From assembly GCA_021399395.1 (NCBI GenBank), contig JAAFKJ010000034.1, forward strand, positions 1 to 20,549: a stretch of DNA of 20,549 nt. The letters run 5' to 3'. The number at the start of each line of letters is the position of its first letter. Within the stretch, counting starts at the first letter, position 1. The position numbers and the translations under genes were made by a program. A model generated the notes under the pieces. It had not been told where the DNA came from. It saw only the letters and a program-made list of their open reading frames with translations, and did no database searches. The stretch comes from Candidatus Heimdallarchaeota archaeon. Its GTDB lineage: Archaea; Asgardarchaeota; Heimdallarchaeia; Heimdallarchaeales; Heimdallarchaeaceae. Below, piece after piece: positions 7,644-16,480 of this stretch.

Positions 7644-9572
7644 TCATTCATAATTTTTGTTTTGTAATTGAACCTTATTTATGAAATCAGGAATCTTCAC
7701 TCCATATTCCACTTTGTTATCTTTAGATCTAACATCTCTAACAGCGATGGTTTCCGCTTCTATTTCCTTATCACCAACATTGATGATATATGGGACTTTC
7801 TGCATAGTAGCATGTCGTATTTTATACTCCATTCTTTCACCACTAAGATCTGCTTCAGCTCTGACCCCAGCTTCAACAAGTTCAAGAGCCACTTTCTTGG
7901 AATATTCTGCATGAGAATCAGTTATTGGAATCACGACTGCTTGAACAGGGCTTAACCATATAGGCATCTTTCCTGCGTAATTCTCTACAATTATTGCTAA
8001 GAATCTCTCCATACAACCGTAAATGACTCGATGAATTACAAATGGGCGATGTTTTTGTCCATCGTCTCCGAGATAATTAATATCGAATCTATCTGGAAGG
8101 TTGAAATCAACCTGGATAGTTGCTAATTGCCATCGTCTGCCAATGGCATCCTTAACGTCTACGTCTATTTTTGGACCATAGAACGCACCATCACCCTCTT
8201 TGATTTTATATTTTATATCAACTCTTTCCATAGCTTTCATTAAAGCATCAGTTGCATGATCCCATCCAGCATCATCACCAATAGCTTTTTCTGGTTTAGT
8301 ACTAATGAAATACTCCCATTCTTCAAAACCAAAAGCTTTGTAAAAAAGCTCTACCATTTCAATTACTCCAACTATTTCATCTTCTAGTTGATCTGGTAAC
8401 ATAAAGAGATGAGCATCATCTTGAGTGATACTTTGTACCCTAAAAAGACCATGCAAAGCTCCAGACAATTCGCGACGATAAACAGTTCCCATCTCTCCTA
8501 ATCGAACAGGTAGTTCACGATATGAGTAAGCTTTTCTGTTGTAAATCATCATATGACCTGGACAGTTCATTGGTTTAACAAACCACTTGTCTCCTTTGAG
8601 ATCAACAGGGAACATATTTTCCAGGAAATATTCAATATGACCGCTGGTTTGCCAGACTAACTCCTTGAAAATATGGGGAGTTTGAACGACTTCATACCCA
8701 GCTTTTCTATGTTCTTTAATCCAGAAGGCTTTCAAAATCTCAAGAATAACTGTACCTTTTGGATAGATTAATGGCATTCCTGGACCCCATTCATCTGCAG
8801 TACCAAATAGATCTAATTGCGGTCCTATTATTCTATGATCTCTCTTCTTGGCTTCTTCGAGCATGTTAAGATGTTTTCTAAGTTGTTTAGCATTGTAAAA
8901 TGCCACACCATAAACCCTTTGTAGAGATTCTCTTCTTGCTTCACCTCTCCAGAATGCTGAAGAAGCATTTAGAATCTTAATTCCCTTAATCCTTCCAGTT
9001 GAAGGAATATGTGGTCCTCTACAAAGATCTTTGAATATGCTCTTTCCATGAGAATAGAAAGAAACATTCTCAGCTTCAGTCTCTTCTAAGATTTCAACTT
9101 TGAATTTGTTTTTATCCTTAGCCTTGTAATAGTCGATAGCTTCCTTTAAAGACATCTCATCTCTCTTAAATTCAGAATTCTCTTCTATGACTTCATCTAC
9201 TCTTTTCTGAATTTTTTCTAGATCCTCCTGAGAGAACGGTTCTTTTACATAGAAATCGTAATAGAATCCCACAGGTTCAATACTTGGTCCTATAGTTGGT
9301 CTTGCATCAGGGAATAGATCAACGACAGCTCCAGCCATGATATGTGCAGCGCTATGATTTAAAATATCTAGAGATTCTTCTGATTTTTCTGTAATTATCT
9401 CAAGTTTACCATCTTTTGTAACTTCAAAGAATAAATCGACCAAATTGCCATCAATTTTTGCTGCGATAGCTGCTTGTGCCAATCCTGGTCCTATTTGTTG
9501 AGCAACATCTAATATAGTGCTATTCTGTTGTACATCCAATATATTTCCATCTGGTAGTTCTATTTTAACCAT
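7644..9572 (-). CDS. thrS: Threonine--tRNA ligase, bacterial/eukaryotic type (TGS, N2 editing, catalytic and anticodon-binding domains)
   Basis: IELPDG (TGS), HSAAH and DLCRGPH (editing), RDHR, KPMNCPGH, QDDAH, GAFYGPKID and IHR. GGTGA RBS upstream. Confidence 0.97.
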   Translation of the reverse strand: MVKIELPDGNILDVQQNSTILDVAQQIGPGLAQAAIAAKIDGNLVDLFFEVTKDGKLEIITEKSEESLDILNHSAAHIMAGAVVDLFPDARPTIGPSIEPVGFYYDFYVKEPFSQEDLEKIQKRVDEVIEENSEFKRDEMSLKEAIDYYKAKDKNKFKVEILEETEAENVSFYSHGKSIFKDLCRGPHIPSTGRIKGIKILNASSAFWRGEARRESLQRVYGVAFYNAKQLRKHLNMLEEAKKRDHRIIGPQLDLFGTADEWGPGMPLIYPKGTVILEILKAFWIKEHRKAGYEVVQTPHIFKELVWQTSGHIEYFLENMFPVDLKGDKWFVKPMNCPGHMMIYNRKAYSYRELPVRLGEMGTVYRRELSGALHGLFRVQSITQDDAHLFMLPDQLEDEIVGVIEMVELFYKAFGFEEWEYFISTKPEKAIGDDAGWDHATDALMKAMERVDIKYKIKEGDGAFYGPKIDVDVKDAIGRRWQLATIQVDFNLPDRFDINYLGDDGQKHRPFVIHRVIYGCMERFLAIIVENYAGKMPIWLSPVQAVVIPITDSHAEYSKKVALELVEAGVRAEADLSGERMEYKIRHATMQKVPYIINVGDKEIEAETIAVRDVRSKDNKVEYGVKIPDFINKVQLQNKNYE

Positions 9573-9607
9573 ATAATCACCTGTAAAACTTTGTTCAAAT
9601 TTCTCAA

Positions 9608-9687
9608 GAGGACAGCGTTTCTACTTAATAGTAGGGACATTAAAAAACCGCTATATAATTGTTTCATATTCACCTAACATTGTCCTC
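9608..9687 (-). promoter_or_regulatory. Possible structured thrS leader
   Basis: On the minus strand GAGGACAAUGUU can pair with AACGCUGUCCUC (11 of 12 pairs, one G-U) and encloses the hairpin CUACU-AUUA-AGUAG. Whether the whole region is transcribed is unknown. Confidence 0.3.
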
Positions 9688-9703
9688 AATACTATTTATC
9701 TCT

Positions 9704-9769
9704 AAATCTTTAAAAGATTTTTTAATAAACACAATTAAGATTGAGAAAAGAATCTATAACAATCTTAAT
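9704..9769. promoter_or_regulatory. Two inverted repeats in the divergent thrS/MFS promoter region
   Basis: AAATCTTT-A-AAAGATTT (9704-9720) and ATTAAGATTG (9734-9743) / CAATCTTAAT (9760-9769). Both contain AAGATT/AATCTT. Confidence 0.45.
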
Positions 9770-9840
9770 ATTCCGTTTCGAATTTTTTTGAAACAAGCCA
9801 TTATTGTACTAAAACTATCCGATAACCTGGAGGATAAACA

Positions 9841-11493
9841 ATGAGAAAGAAACACTTTGCAAGTCTATCTATTTTTCAGATACTTGCACAATTCAGAAGA
9901 GGAATATTTTACTTCTTTCTTAGCATATACCTCTGGGAATTCCTAGGTGTTTCATATACAGAAATGACTCTTTTTGCAACTCTTCCCATGATTGCCAACA
10001 TTGCAGCACAGTCAGGAATATGGGGAAGAATCTCTGATAAGCTTAAGAAAAGGAGACTATTAATCGTTTTTGGGGAAGTTTTCGCAGCTATTGGATATCT
10101 GATTGTGTTTTGGATCCATAACAGCATAAATAAGGGGAAAATAGGTGTTGGTCATATTAATGAAGTTCTTTTTTCTCAAGGAGATCTTACTGGAATACTA
10201 CAATATGCTATAACTTTTGATGAAACATTTATTCCTAGTATTCTAAGGATATCAGCCTATGTCATCATATTCGGTTTTACAATTATAGAAGCAGGGTGGA
10301 GTAGTAGCAATCTAGGTTGGACAACATTAATTGCAGATCTAACCAGAGATTCAGAGAGAAGTAAAACAATGGGTCTCCTACAATTTATAGGGGGGATTGG
10401 GAATGTTATTGGAGTTACCGCAAGTGGATTTCTTTATCAGGATGGTTTTGGTTTTTGGTTAGGTGATTTATTTTATATCTCCTCAGGCATTATGATTTTC
10501 GGTATTGTGGCTTTATTTATGATACCAGAATCTTATGCAGATTTAGATGAAAATTATTTCAAGGAAATAGATGAAAAAGAGAATAATAATGAGATGAGAA
10601 CCAATGAAAAGGACAATCAGAAAGGTAAAACTGATTGGCCGACAAAACTTTTCATCTGGTTTCTAATCATTCTGGCTATAGTGAACATTGGTGGAAATAG
10701 CATCAACCAGATGATTCAAATCTATGTAAGATTACCGACGACATTTGAAGCTTCGGCTATAGAAGTTGCATGGTTACGAAATACCAGCAGTATAGCTATG
10801 ATTATCGCGGGGTTAGCCATAGGGTTTCTAACGACAAGATTTGGCGATTCAAAAATGTTACTAGCTGGTTTCTTGTGCGCATTTGTAGGAACAATAGCTT
10901 TACCATTCGCACCACACATTTCTATCTTCTTTATCTACATGGCATTAAAAGGAATATCTAGAGTTTGGATCCAAACAACAGCGTATTCAATGGTAAACCG
11001 TGTTGTTCCACAAGAACAAAGAGGTAGAATGATGGGTTATTACAACGCAACATTCTATTTATCATGGGGGTTAGGTGGAACAGCAATAACAGGCCCAATT
11101 ACTGATTCTCTAGCTGTAAATGAAGCCGACATTACTCCATCTAATATACGTGTTATAATAGCATATGTAATTATTTTTCTAGCAATATTAGGCAGTATTT
11201 TCTACTTATTTATCGGAAAGATTGTAAAATTGTATAAACAAAAAAAATCCATTATTATTATTGTGACTTCGTTATTCGTTTCTAGCTTGGCTGTTTTGAT
11301 ATTCTTTGTTTACAAGCCAATGTCTTATTTTTTCATTTATTTTGGACCCGCAACGGAACGAGATCCTTATGCTACAATCATATCATTCTTTGTCGCTGCA
11401 GTATTTATTGTGATAGGAATTTTTGGTTATCTAGCTTTTAGACCTAACAATTTTAAACTACTAAATATTGATAAGAATTCCATAATAAAGTGA
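9841..11493 (+). CDS. MFS transporter with about 14 TM helices
   Basis: MFS motif A WGRISDKLKKRR, ERSKTMG after TM4, second-half repeat GFLTTRFGD and QRGRMMG. GGAGGA RBS upstream. Confidence 0.9.
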   Translation: MRKKHFASLSIFQILAQFRRGIFYFFLSIYLWEFLGVSYTEMTLFATLPMIANIAAQSGIWGRISDKLKKRRLLIVFGEVFAAIGYLIVFWIHNSINKGKIGVGHINEVLFSQGDLTGILQYAITFDETFIPSILRISAYVIIFGFTIIEAGWSSSNLGWTTLIADLTRDSERSKTMGLLQFIGGIGNVIGVTASGFLYQDGFGFWLGDLFYISSGIMIFGIVALFMIPESYADLDENYFKEIDEKENNNEMRTNEKDNQKGKTDWPTKLFIWFLIILAIVNIGGNSINQMIQIYVRLPTTFEASAIEVAWLRNTSSIAMIIAGLAIGFLTTRFGDSKMLLAGFLCAFVGTIALPFAPHISIFFIYMALKGISRVWIQTTAYSMVNRVVPQEQRGRMMGYYNATFYLSWGLGGTAITGPITDSLAVNEADITPSNIRVIIAYVIIFLAILGSIFYLFIGKIVKLYKQKKSIIIIVTSLFVSSLAVLIFFVYKPMSYFFIYFGPATERDPYATIISFFVAAVFIVIGIFGYLAFRPNNFKLLNIDKNSIIK

Positions 11494-11519
11494 GGATATG
11501 CTCATCGGGAGAACTGAGA

Positions 11520-12551
11520 TTATTCTATAAACTCATACTCTTGAATTTTGGGACTTTTTTGCTGAATCATTTTTGTCAGCAATTCGTCTCCTTCAGCTTT
11601 AATTATTCTTATTGGTATTTCTGGGAATTTACTGTGGTTTGATATAACCTGGTCTTTCAGTTGTATAGAAGATTCAATATTATCAAGTAGAGCTTTCAAA
11701 GATGCTTGAGTTCCAACATTTTTAGAGCCAGCACATAAAATTATAACCTTAGATTTATCCCAAGGATTGGGGAGCATTGCTACAATTCCAGTTAATAATC
11801 CCACTGGGGATTCTTCACTATAGGTAACGTCAGTCAATGTGCTATGAATATTCTTACTTGAAGGAGTAATGAATTTAATTGGGAGTTTTTCATCATATAA
11901 ACTCATAATCTCCGATGTTATCCTATTGATAGCACCAGAGCCTATTACCAACATATTTTCATTCTTTGATTGTATTGCTTGATAGTCTAAAACAGAATTG
12001 ATAAGAATATTTTCGATTGGTATTTTCTTGTTTTTATTTGCCCAATAAGATAGCATCTGAGAGATTTCAGGAACAAAAAGAGCGTCAATTGTACTAGCAG
12101 CTTCCGCCATCCATGAACCAAAAACAATTGTTAATCGCAACGTATCTCCCATAATCAAACAATCAGGAAAGTCATCCCAGGTATACTTAAATTCAAGATC
12201 CATAATAGGTGGTTTCTCTAAATCTCGAAATTCTTGCAGTAAACTTCTGAAGAAGTCGTTTGATATTAGATCATGATTAGGAGAGTAAAAAACCCTATCA
12301 GAACCACCAAATTTTACTTCTTGTCTTTTGATGAGGTTTAATTCTGTCAAACGATCCAGTATATTATAGATTGTACTTCTATTTGTAATTGGTAATTTAT
12401 CTAATAATTCAGATGCTGAAACAGCTTTGGAAAAGGATATTATTTGTGATAGAACCATTCTTCTTGTAGAATCAGAAAGATAGTTCCTTATCTCTTTTTG
12501 TTCTTCCATGTGACCATCAATTCCATATAATTCATTCTTCTTTGTATTCAA
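11520..12551 (-). CDS. Winged-HTH transcriptional regulator with a C-terminal S-layer-like alpha/beta domain
   Basis: N-terminal DSTRRMVL...SASELL...NRSTIYNILDRLTELNLIKR...RVFYS (ArsR/TrmB-like). C-terminal NMLVIGSGAINRIT and LPNPWDKSKVIILCAG...GTQA. The start could be TTG 12551 or ATG 12509. Confidence 0.7.
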   Translation of the reverse strand: MNTKKNELYGIDGHMEEQKEIRNYLSDSTRRMVLSQIISFSKAVSASELLDKLPITNRSTIYNILDRLTELNLIKRQEVKFGGSDRVFYSPNHDLISNDFFRSLLQEFRDLEKPPIMDLEFKYTWDDFPDCLIMGDTLRLTIVFGSWMAEAASTIDALFVPEISQMLSYWANKNKKIPIENILINSVLDYQAIQSKNENMLVIGSGAINRITSEIMSLYDEKLPIKFITPSSKNIHSTLTDVTYSEESPVGLLTGIVAMLPNPWDKSKVIILCAGSKNVGTQASLKALLDNIESSIQLKDQVISNHSKFPEIPIRIIKAEGDELLTKMIQQKSPKIQEYEFIE

Positions 12552-12612
12552 AAAATCTTTGTTGAAGGGTATGTTTAGTGAAAAGTTAAAAATAGATTAG
12601 ATTCAAACTAAT

Positions 12613-13761
12613 ATGAGAGATATTATGATTACAGAAGAAGATGTCATACCAATTTTGAAAGAATTAATAAAAATAAAAACTGAAAATCCTCCAGGAAATA
12701 CTATCGGAGCTGTAAATTATATCAAAGGCATTTTTGAAAAGTTTGGAATTGAAACCAAGATTCAAAATTATGCAGAAGAGAGAGCTAATGTCATTGCTCA
12801 TTATGGAGATAGTGATGAAACAGTCATATTAACAGGGCACCTAGATACAGTACCTTCAGGAGATGAGACAAAATGGAAATATCCCCCTTTTGCTGCAGAA
12901 GAGCATGAAGGAAGGATTTATGGAAGGGGTTCTACAGACATGAAAGGTGCAGATGCAGCTTTTATAGCAATTCTAATAGCATTGAAAAAAAATGACATCA
13001 AGTTGAAGAAAAAAATAATCTTCTTAGGCACATCAGATGAAGAAATTGGAATGGATGGCGCTGTTGCAGCAAAACAAGAAGGTATAATGAAAGGTTGTGA
13101 GTTTGTTCTTGTTGGTGAGCCTACAGAGTTACAAGTAGGAATCGCTGAAAAAGGGACTTTTTGGGTAAAAGTTAAAGTTTATGGGGAATCAGCTCATGGT
13201 TCAACACCGCATCTTGGAATTAGTGCTATTGAGGGGGCAACGATTCTTATACCAAAGATGAAAGAAGTGATTCCTGATTTTATTCATGAGATAATGGGTA
13301 AGTCAACTCTTAATATAGGAAAGATTTCTGGTGGAACTCTGATTAACGTAGTACCAGAATATTGTGAATTTAGATGCGATTATAGGCTGGTTGCTGATAA
13401 TCTACGAGAAGGAGTTAGAAGTAAAATCAAAGAGATAATCGATGATTTCAATAAAACAGGTCCTGCAAGAGCAGAAATAGAAATGATTCATGAAGTTCCA
13501 GCAATAGAATTGATTCGAGAAGACGAGGTTGTTAAAAAACTGAAAAAGAAAGCAATTGATTTAGGTAGAGAGAAGATTATTGGTTTGAATTATGGAACAG
13601 ACGGAGCCATGTTAATCCCTGATTATAATGTACCATTTGTTATAATGGGACCAGGAAAGCTTGATCAATTACATGTCACAGATGAATATACGGAGAAACA
13701 AGAAGTAATAGATTATGCTAATTTGGTTTACGACACTTTGGTTGAAACTTATTCAGAGTAA
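12613..13761 (+). CDS. M20 family metallohydrolase (ArgE/DapE-like)
   Basis: GHLDTVP, YGRGSTDMKG, DEE, GEPT, AHGS, NVVP, GTD and GPG...H. Confidence 0.93.
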   Translation: MRDIMITEEDVIPILKELIKIKTENPPGNTIGAVNYIKGIFEKFGIETKIQNYAEERANVIAHYGDSDETVILTGHLDTVPSGDETKWKYPPFAAEEHEGRIYGRGSTDMKGADAAFIAILIALKKNDIKLKKKIIFLGTSDEEIGMDGAVAAKQEGIMKGCEFVLVGEPTELQVGIAEKGTFWVKVKVYGESAHGSTPHLGISAIEGATILIPKMKEVIPDFIHEIMGKSTLNIGKISGGTLINVVPEYCEFRCDYRLVADNLREGVRSKIKEIIDDFNKTGPARAEIEMIHEVPAIELIREDEVVKKLKKKAIDLGREKIIGLNYGTDGAMLIPDYNVPFVIMGPGKLDQLHVTDEYTEKQEVIDYANLVYDTLVETYSE

Positions 13762-13776
13762 TCAGAGTAAGAGTAA
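13753..13776 (+). repeat. Tandem duplication of the gene end giving three in-frame TAA stops
   Basis: TCAGAGTAA TCAGAGTAA GAGTAA. Confidence 0.8.
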
Positions 13777-13871
13777 ACCTTCTCTTCCTTTTTTAAAGGA
13801 GATTTTAAATTTCTGACTAATTTTTGATAATTTGTAGAAAATATTTTTAACAAGAAGAAAAGAACACACTT

Positions 13872-15344
13872 ATGCAAGATAATACAGAGAATCTTGAAGA
13901 CCTTGTTTCTTACGGTATAAAATGCTCAGATAAAGAGGGAGTTCAGTATGCAGATGTGAAGTTAATGCACACCCATATGGAAGACATTTCTTTCAAAAAT
14001 AGCATACTTGAAAGGTTAAACAGAGTTGATAAGAGAGGAATTGGGATTAGATGCTTAGTTAACAGAAGTTGGGGTTTTGCTAGTACAAATGAATTAACTA
14101 GAGATTCAATAACGGATTTGGTAAAAAAAGCAGTTAAGATTGCGAAAGCATCTTCGCTGGTAAAGAAATTTGATATAGAATTAGCTGAAGAACCAATTCA
14201 CGAGGATAAAGTTTCCACTCCAATGAAAAAAGACCCATTTACTGTTGAACTAAAAGAAAAAATAGAAATTCTTGAGGAAAGTTCTAAGAGAGCTAAAGCT
14301 GTGTCTGATAAAATCAAGGTGTCTACAAGTCATTATGTTGGACGTAAAGACCATATGATCTTGCATACAACTGAAGGAACTAAGATAGACCAAACCATTA
14401 CATGGTGTGGAGGGGGTGTAGCTTCTACTGCTATAGATGGGGGAGAGGCTCAAACACGAAGTCTACCTGCTAGTTTCAGAGGTGATTTCCATACTGATGG
14501 ATATGAATACTTTGAGAGCCTTAATCTTATTGAAGTATCAGAGGGAGCAGCTGAAGAAGCTATTAAGTTGCTTACTGCAAAAAAAATGCCTAGTGGAGAG
14601 TCAACAATCATTCTTGGGCATTCTCAACTAGCTCTTCAAGTTCATGAAAGCTGCGGACACCCAACTGAATTAGATAGAGCAATAGGATACGAAGCAGCTT
14701 ATGCAGGAACAAGTTTTCTAACAACAGATCTTCTTGGAACTGGCTTCAAATATGGTAATGAGCAAGTTACTATGGTAGCTGACGCAACTGTTCCTGGAGG
14801 GTTAGGTACATTCTACTATGATCATGAAGGAGTTAAAGCTCAGAGAAATATCCTTGTTGATAAAGGGATTTTTACTGGATATTTATCATCCAGAGAAACT
14901 GCAAAAGCAGTTGGTTTGGGAAGAAGTTCAGGTGCATCTAGATCGATGGGATATGATAGGATACCAATCATTAGAATGACAAATGTAAATCTGGAACCAG
15001 GTGACTGGGAATTTGATGAACTTATTGCTGATACAAAAGATGGCTACTTCTTGGAAACAAATCGAAGCTGGAGCATTGATGATATCAGAATGAATTTCCA
15101 ATTCGGAACAGAAATAGGTTGGAGGATAGAAAACGGAGAGATGACAGAGATGATCAAAAATCCAACTTATGAAGGGATAACTCCAAAGTTCTGGGGAAAC
15201 GTTAATGGAATATGTTCTAAAAAACACTGGAAGACATTTGGAACGCCAAATTGTGGTAAAGGAGAACCTGGACAAGCAGCTTATGTTGGTCACGGAATCG
15301 CCCCAACTAGATTTGAAAATGTGCGAATAGGGATTCTTAAATAA
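13872..15344 (+). CDS. tldD: TldD family zinc metalloprotease
   Basis: GIGIR...WGFAST, metal-binding HESCGHPTELDR, YDHEG, PIIRMTN and C-terminal CGKGEPGQ. Confidence 0.93.
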   Translation: MQDNTENLEDLVSYGIKCSDKEGVQYADVKLMHTHMEDISFKNSILERLNRVDKRGIGIRCLVNRSWGFASTNELTRDSITDLVKKAVKIAKASSLVKKFDIELAEEPIHEDKVSTPMKKDPFTVELKEKIEILEESSKRAKAVSDKIKVSTSHYVGRKDHMILHTTEGTKIDQTITWCGGGVASTAIDGGEAQTRSLPASFRGDFHTDGYEYFESLNLIEVSEGAAEEAIKLLTAKKMPSGESTIILGHSQLALQVHESCGHPTELDRAIGYEAAYAGTSFLTTDLLGTGFKYGNEQVTMVADATVPGGLGTFYYDHEGVKAQRNILVDKGIFTGYLSSRETAKAVGLGRSSGASRSMGYDRIPIIRMTNVNLEPGDWEFDELIADTKDGYFLETNRSWSIDDIRMNFQFGTEIGWRIENGEMTEMIKNPTYEGITPKFWGNVNGICSKKHWKTFGTPNCGKGEPGQAAYVGHGIAPTRFENVRIGILK

Positions 15345-16424
15345 TTAATCAAAAAATCCCTTAGCATTTTTTATGAAATTAGAATTACATGTTATATCAG
15401 TACAATCTATAAATTGGTCAATAGAGCCTATTTGTTTTAAGTCTTTTAAAGGAGGTTCGATTATTTTTTTCAATTCCTCAATTATGTCATCGACATTAAT
15501 AATCATCTGAGGTCTACTAAAGAAAGGTTTGATTTTACCTTCAATTTCTCCTGTAATCTGAAGTTTATTCTGTTCCTCTAGAATCATTAAATATGCATCG
15601 CAAAGACTATTTTCTATTATTTCATTTTCTGTTTCGTTTAGTATACCTAAAAGAAAAGGATATATCGTTTTTGCAATTGGTAATTGCTGAAAGATAACAG
15701 TTAGCCATTTTGGATAAGGAATATATCTTCTTTTCAAGATAAACAACATCTCTATTAGCATCCTAACTAATCTTGATGTCTCGATCCGAGTCCCCAATTC
15801 GTCTCCAAGCATTCGTGTTCTTCCAACAAATGCAATCTCTTGTGATATACGATTCCACTGAGAGAGAATTTTATATTTCCAAACATTATCTGGAAAATAC
15901 TGCAATTTTGATCTTGCGACAGTTAATTCTCCAAGAGTATTGAAAAAAATCTTTCCAGATGTAAATTCTAATAATCGTTGTTCTGGTAGTAGTAACCAAT
16001 CCTTCTCTGAGAGTTCTAATGTCTCAATATCTAAATACTCTTTAAGAAACGATTTCACTGAATAGATTTTAATACGATGGTTTACTTCGCCTTCGCTAAT
16101 AAGTTCAGGTCTCATGGTTTTATCTTCATTAAATACCCAATTAGTAGAGTGACCAAGGAAATCATAGGGTAATCTTTCTCTGAACATATCATTCATAGTT
16201 TGTTTAATAGAATCATATCTTGATTCCTCGACAAATATATACAATTTTAGTCCCCAATCATGATCTTTAGAGATTTCATCATCTAAACCCATAACCTCAG
16301 ATCCTGGTCCAATTAATGCAGCACCATATTTTAATTCAGGAAACTCTGTATCTATTACACTTTTAACAACTTCATAAAAGAAACGTTCTGATAAATCAAT
16401 ACCAGAAATTGATTGTCTTTCCAT
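15345..16424 (-). CDS. DUF4037 domain protein with a nucleotidyltransferase-like N-terminus
   Basis: GPGSEVMGLDDEISKDHDWG, WLLLPEQRLLEFTSGKIF and RYIPYPKW. ATG 16424 is preferred over the ORF-track start at 16445. Confidence 0.85.
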   Translation of the reverse strand: MERQSISGIDLSERFFYEVVKSVIDTEFPELKYGAALIGPGSEVMGLDDEISKDHDWGLKLYIFVEESRYDSIKQTMNDMFRERLPYDFLGHSTNWVFNEDKTMRPELISEGEVNHRIKIYSVKSFLKEYLDIETLELSEKDWLLLPEQRLLEFTSGKIFFNTLGELTVARSKLQYFPDNVWKYKILSQWNRISQEIAFVGRTRMLGDELGTRIETSRLVRMLIEMLFILKRRYIPYPKWLTVIFQQLPIAKTIYPFLLGILNETENEIIENSLCDAYLMILEEQNKLQITGEIEGKIKPFFSRPQMIINVDDIIEELKKIIEPPLKDLKQIGSIDQFIDCTDITCNSNFIKNAKGFFD

Positions 16425-16480
16425 AATAAGAAAAAACACTATCAAAATAAAAGATATTCGGAATCTCTTTCTTATAATTC

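Noticed and set aside
9560-9680. Leader-peptide attenuator for thrS
   Set aside because: The upstream short ORFs (MLGEYETII; MKQLYSG...) contain one or no Thr codons.
9659-9844. 61-aa ORF before the MFS gene
   Set aside because: TTG start without an RBS, running through AT-rich divergent promoter sequence, with no protein-like features.
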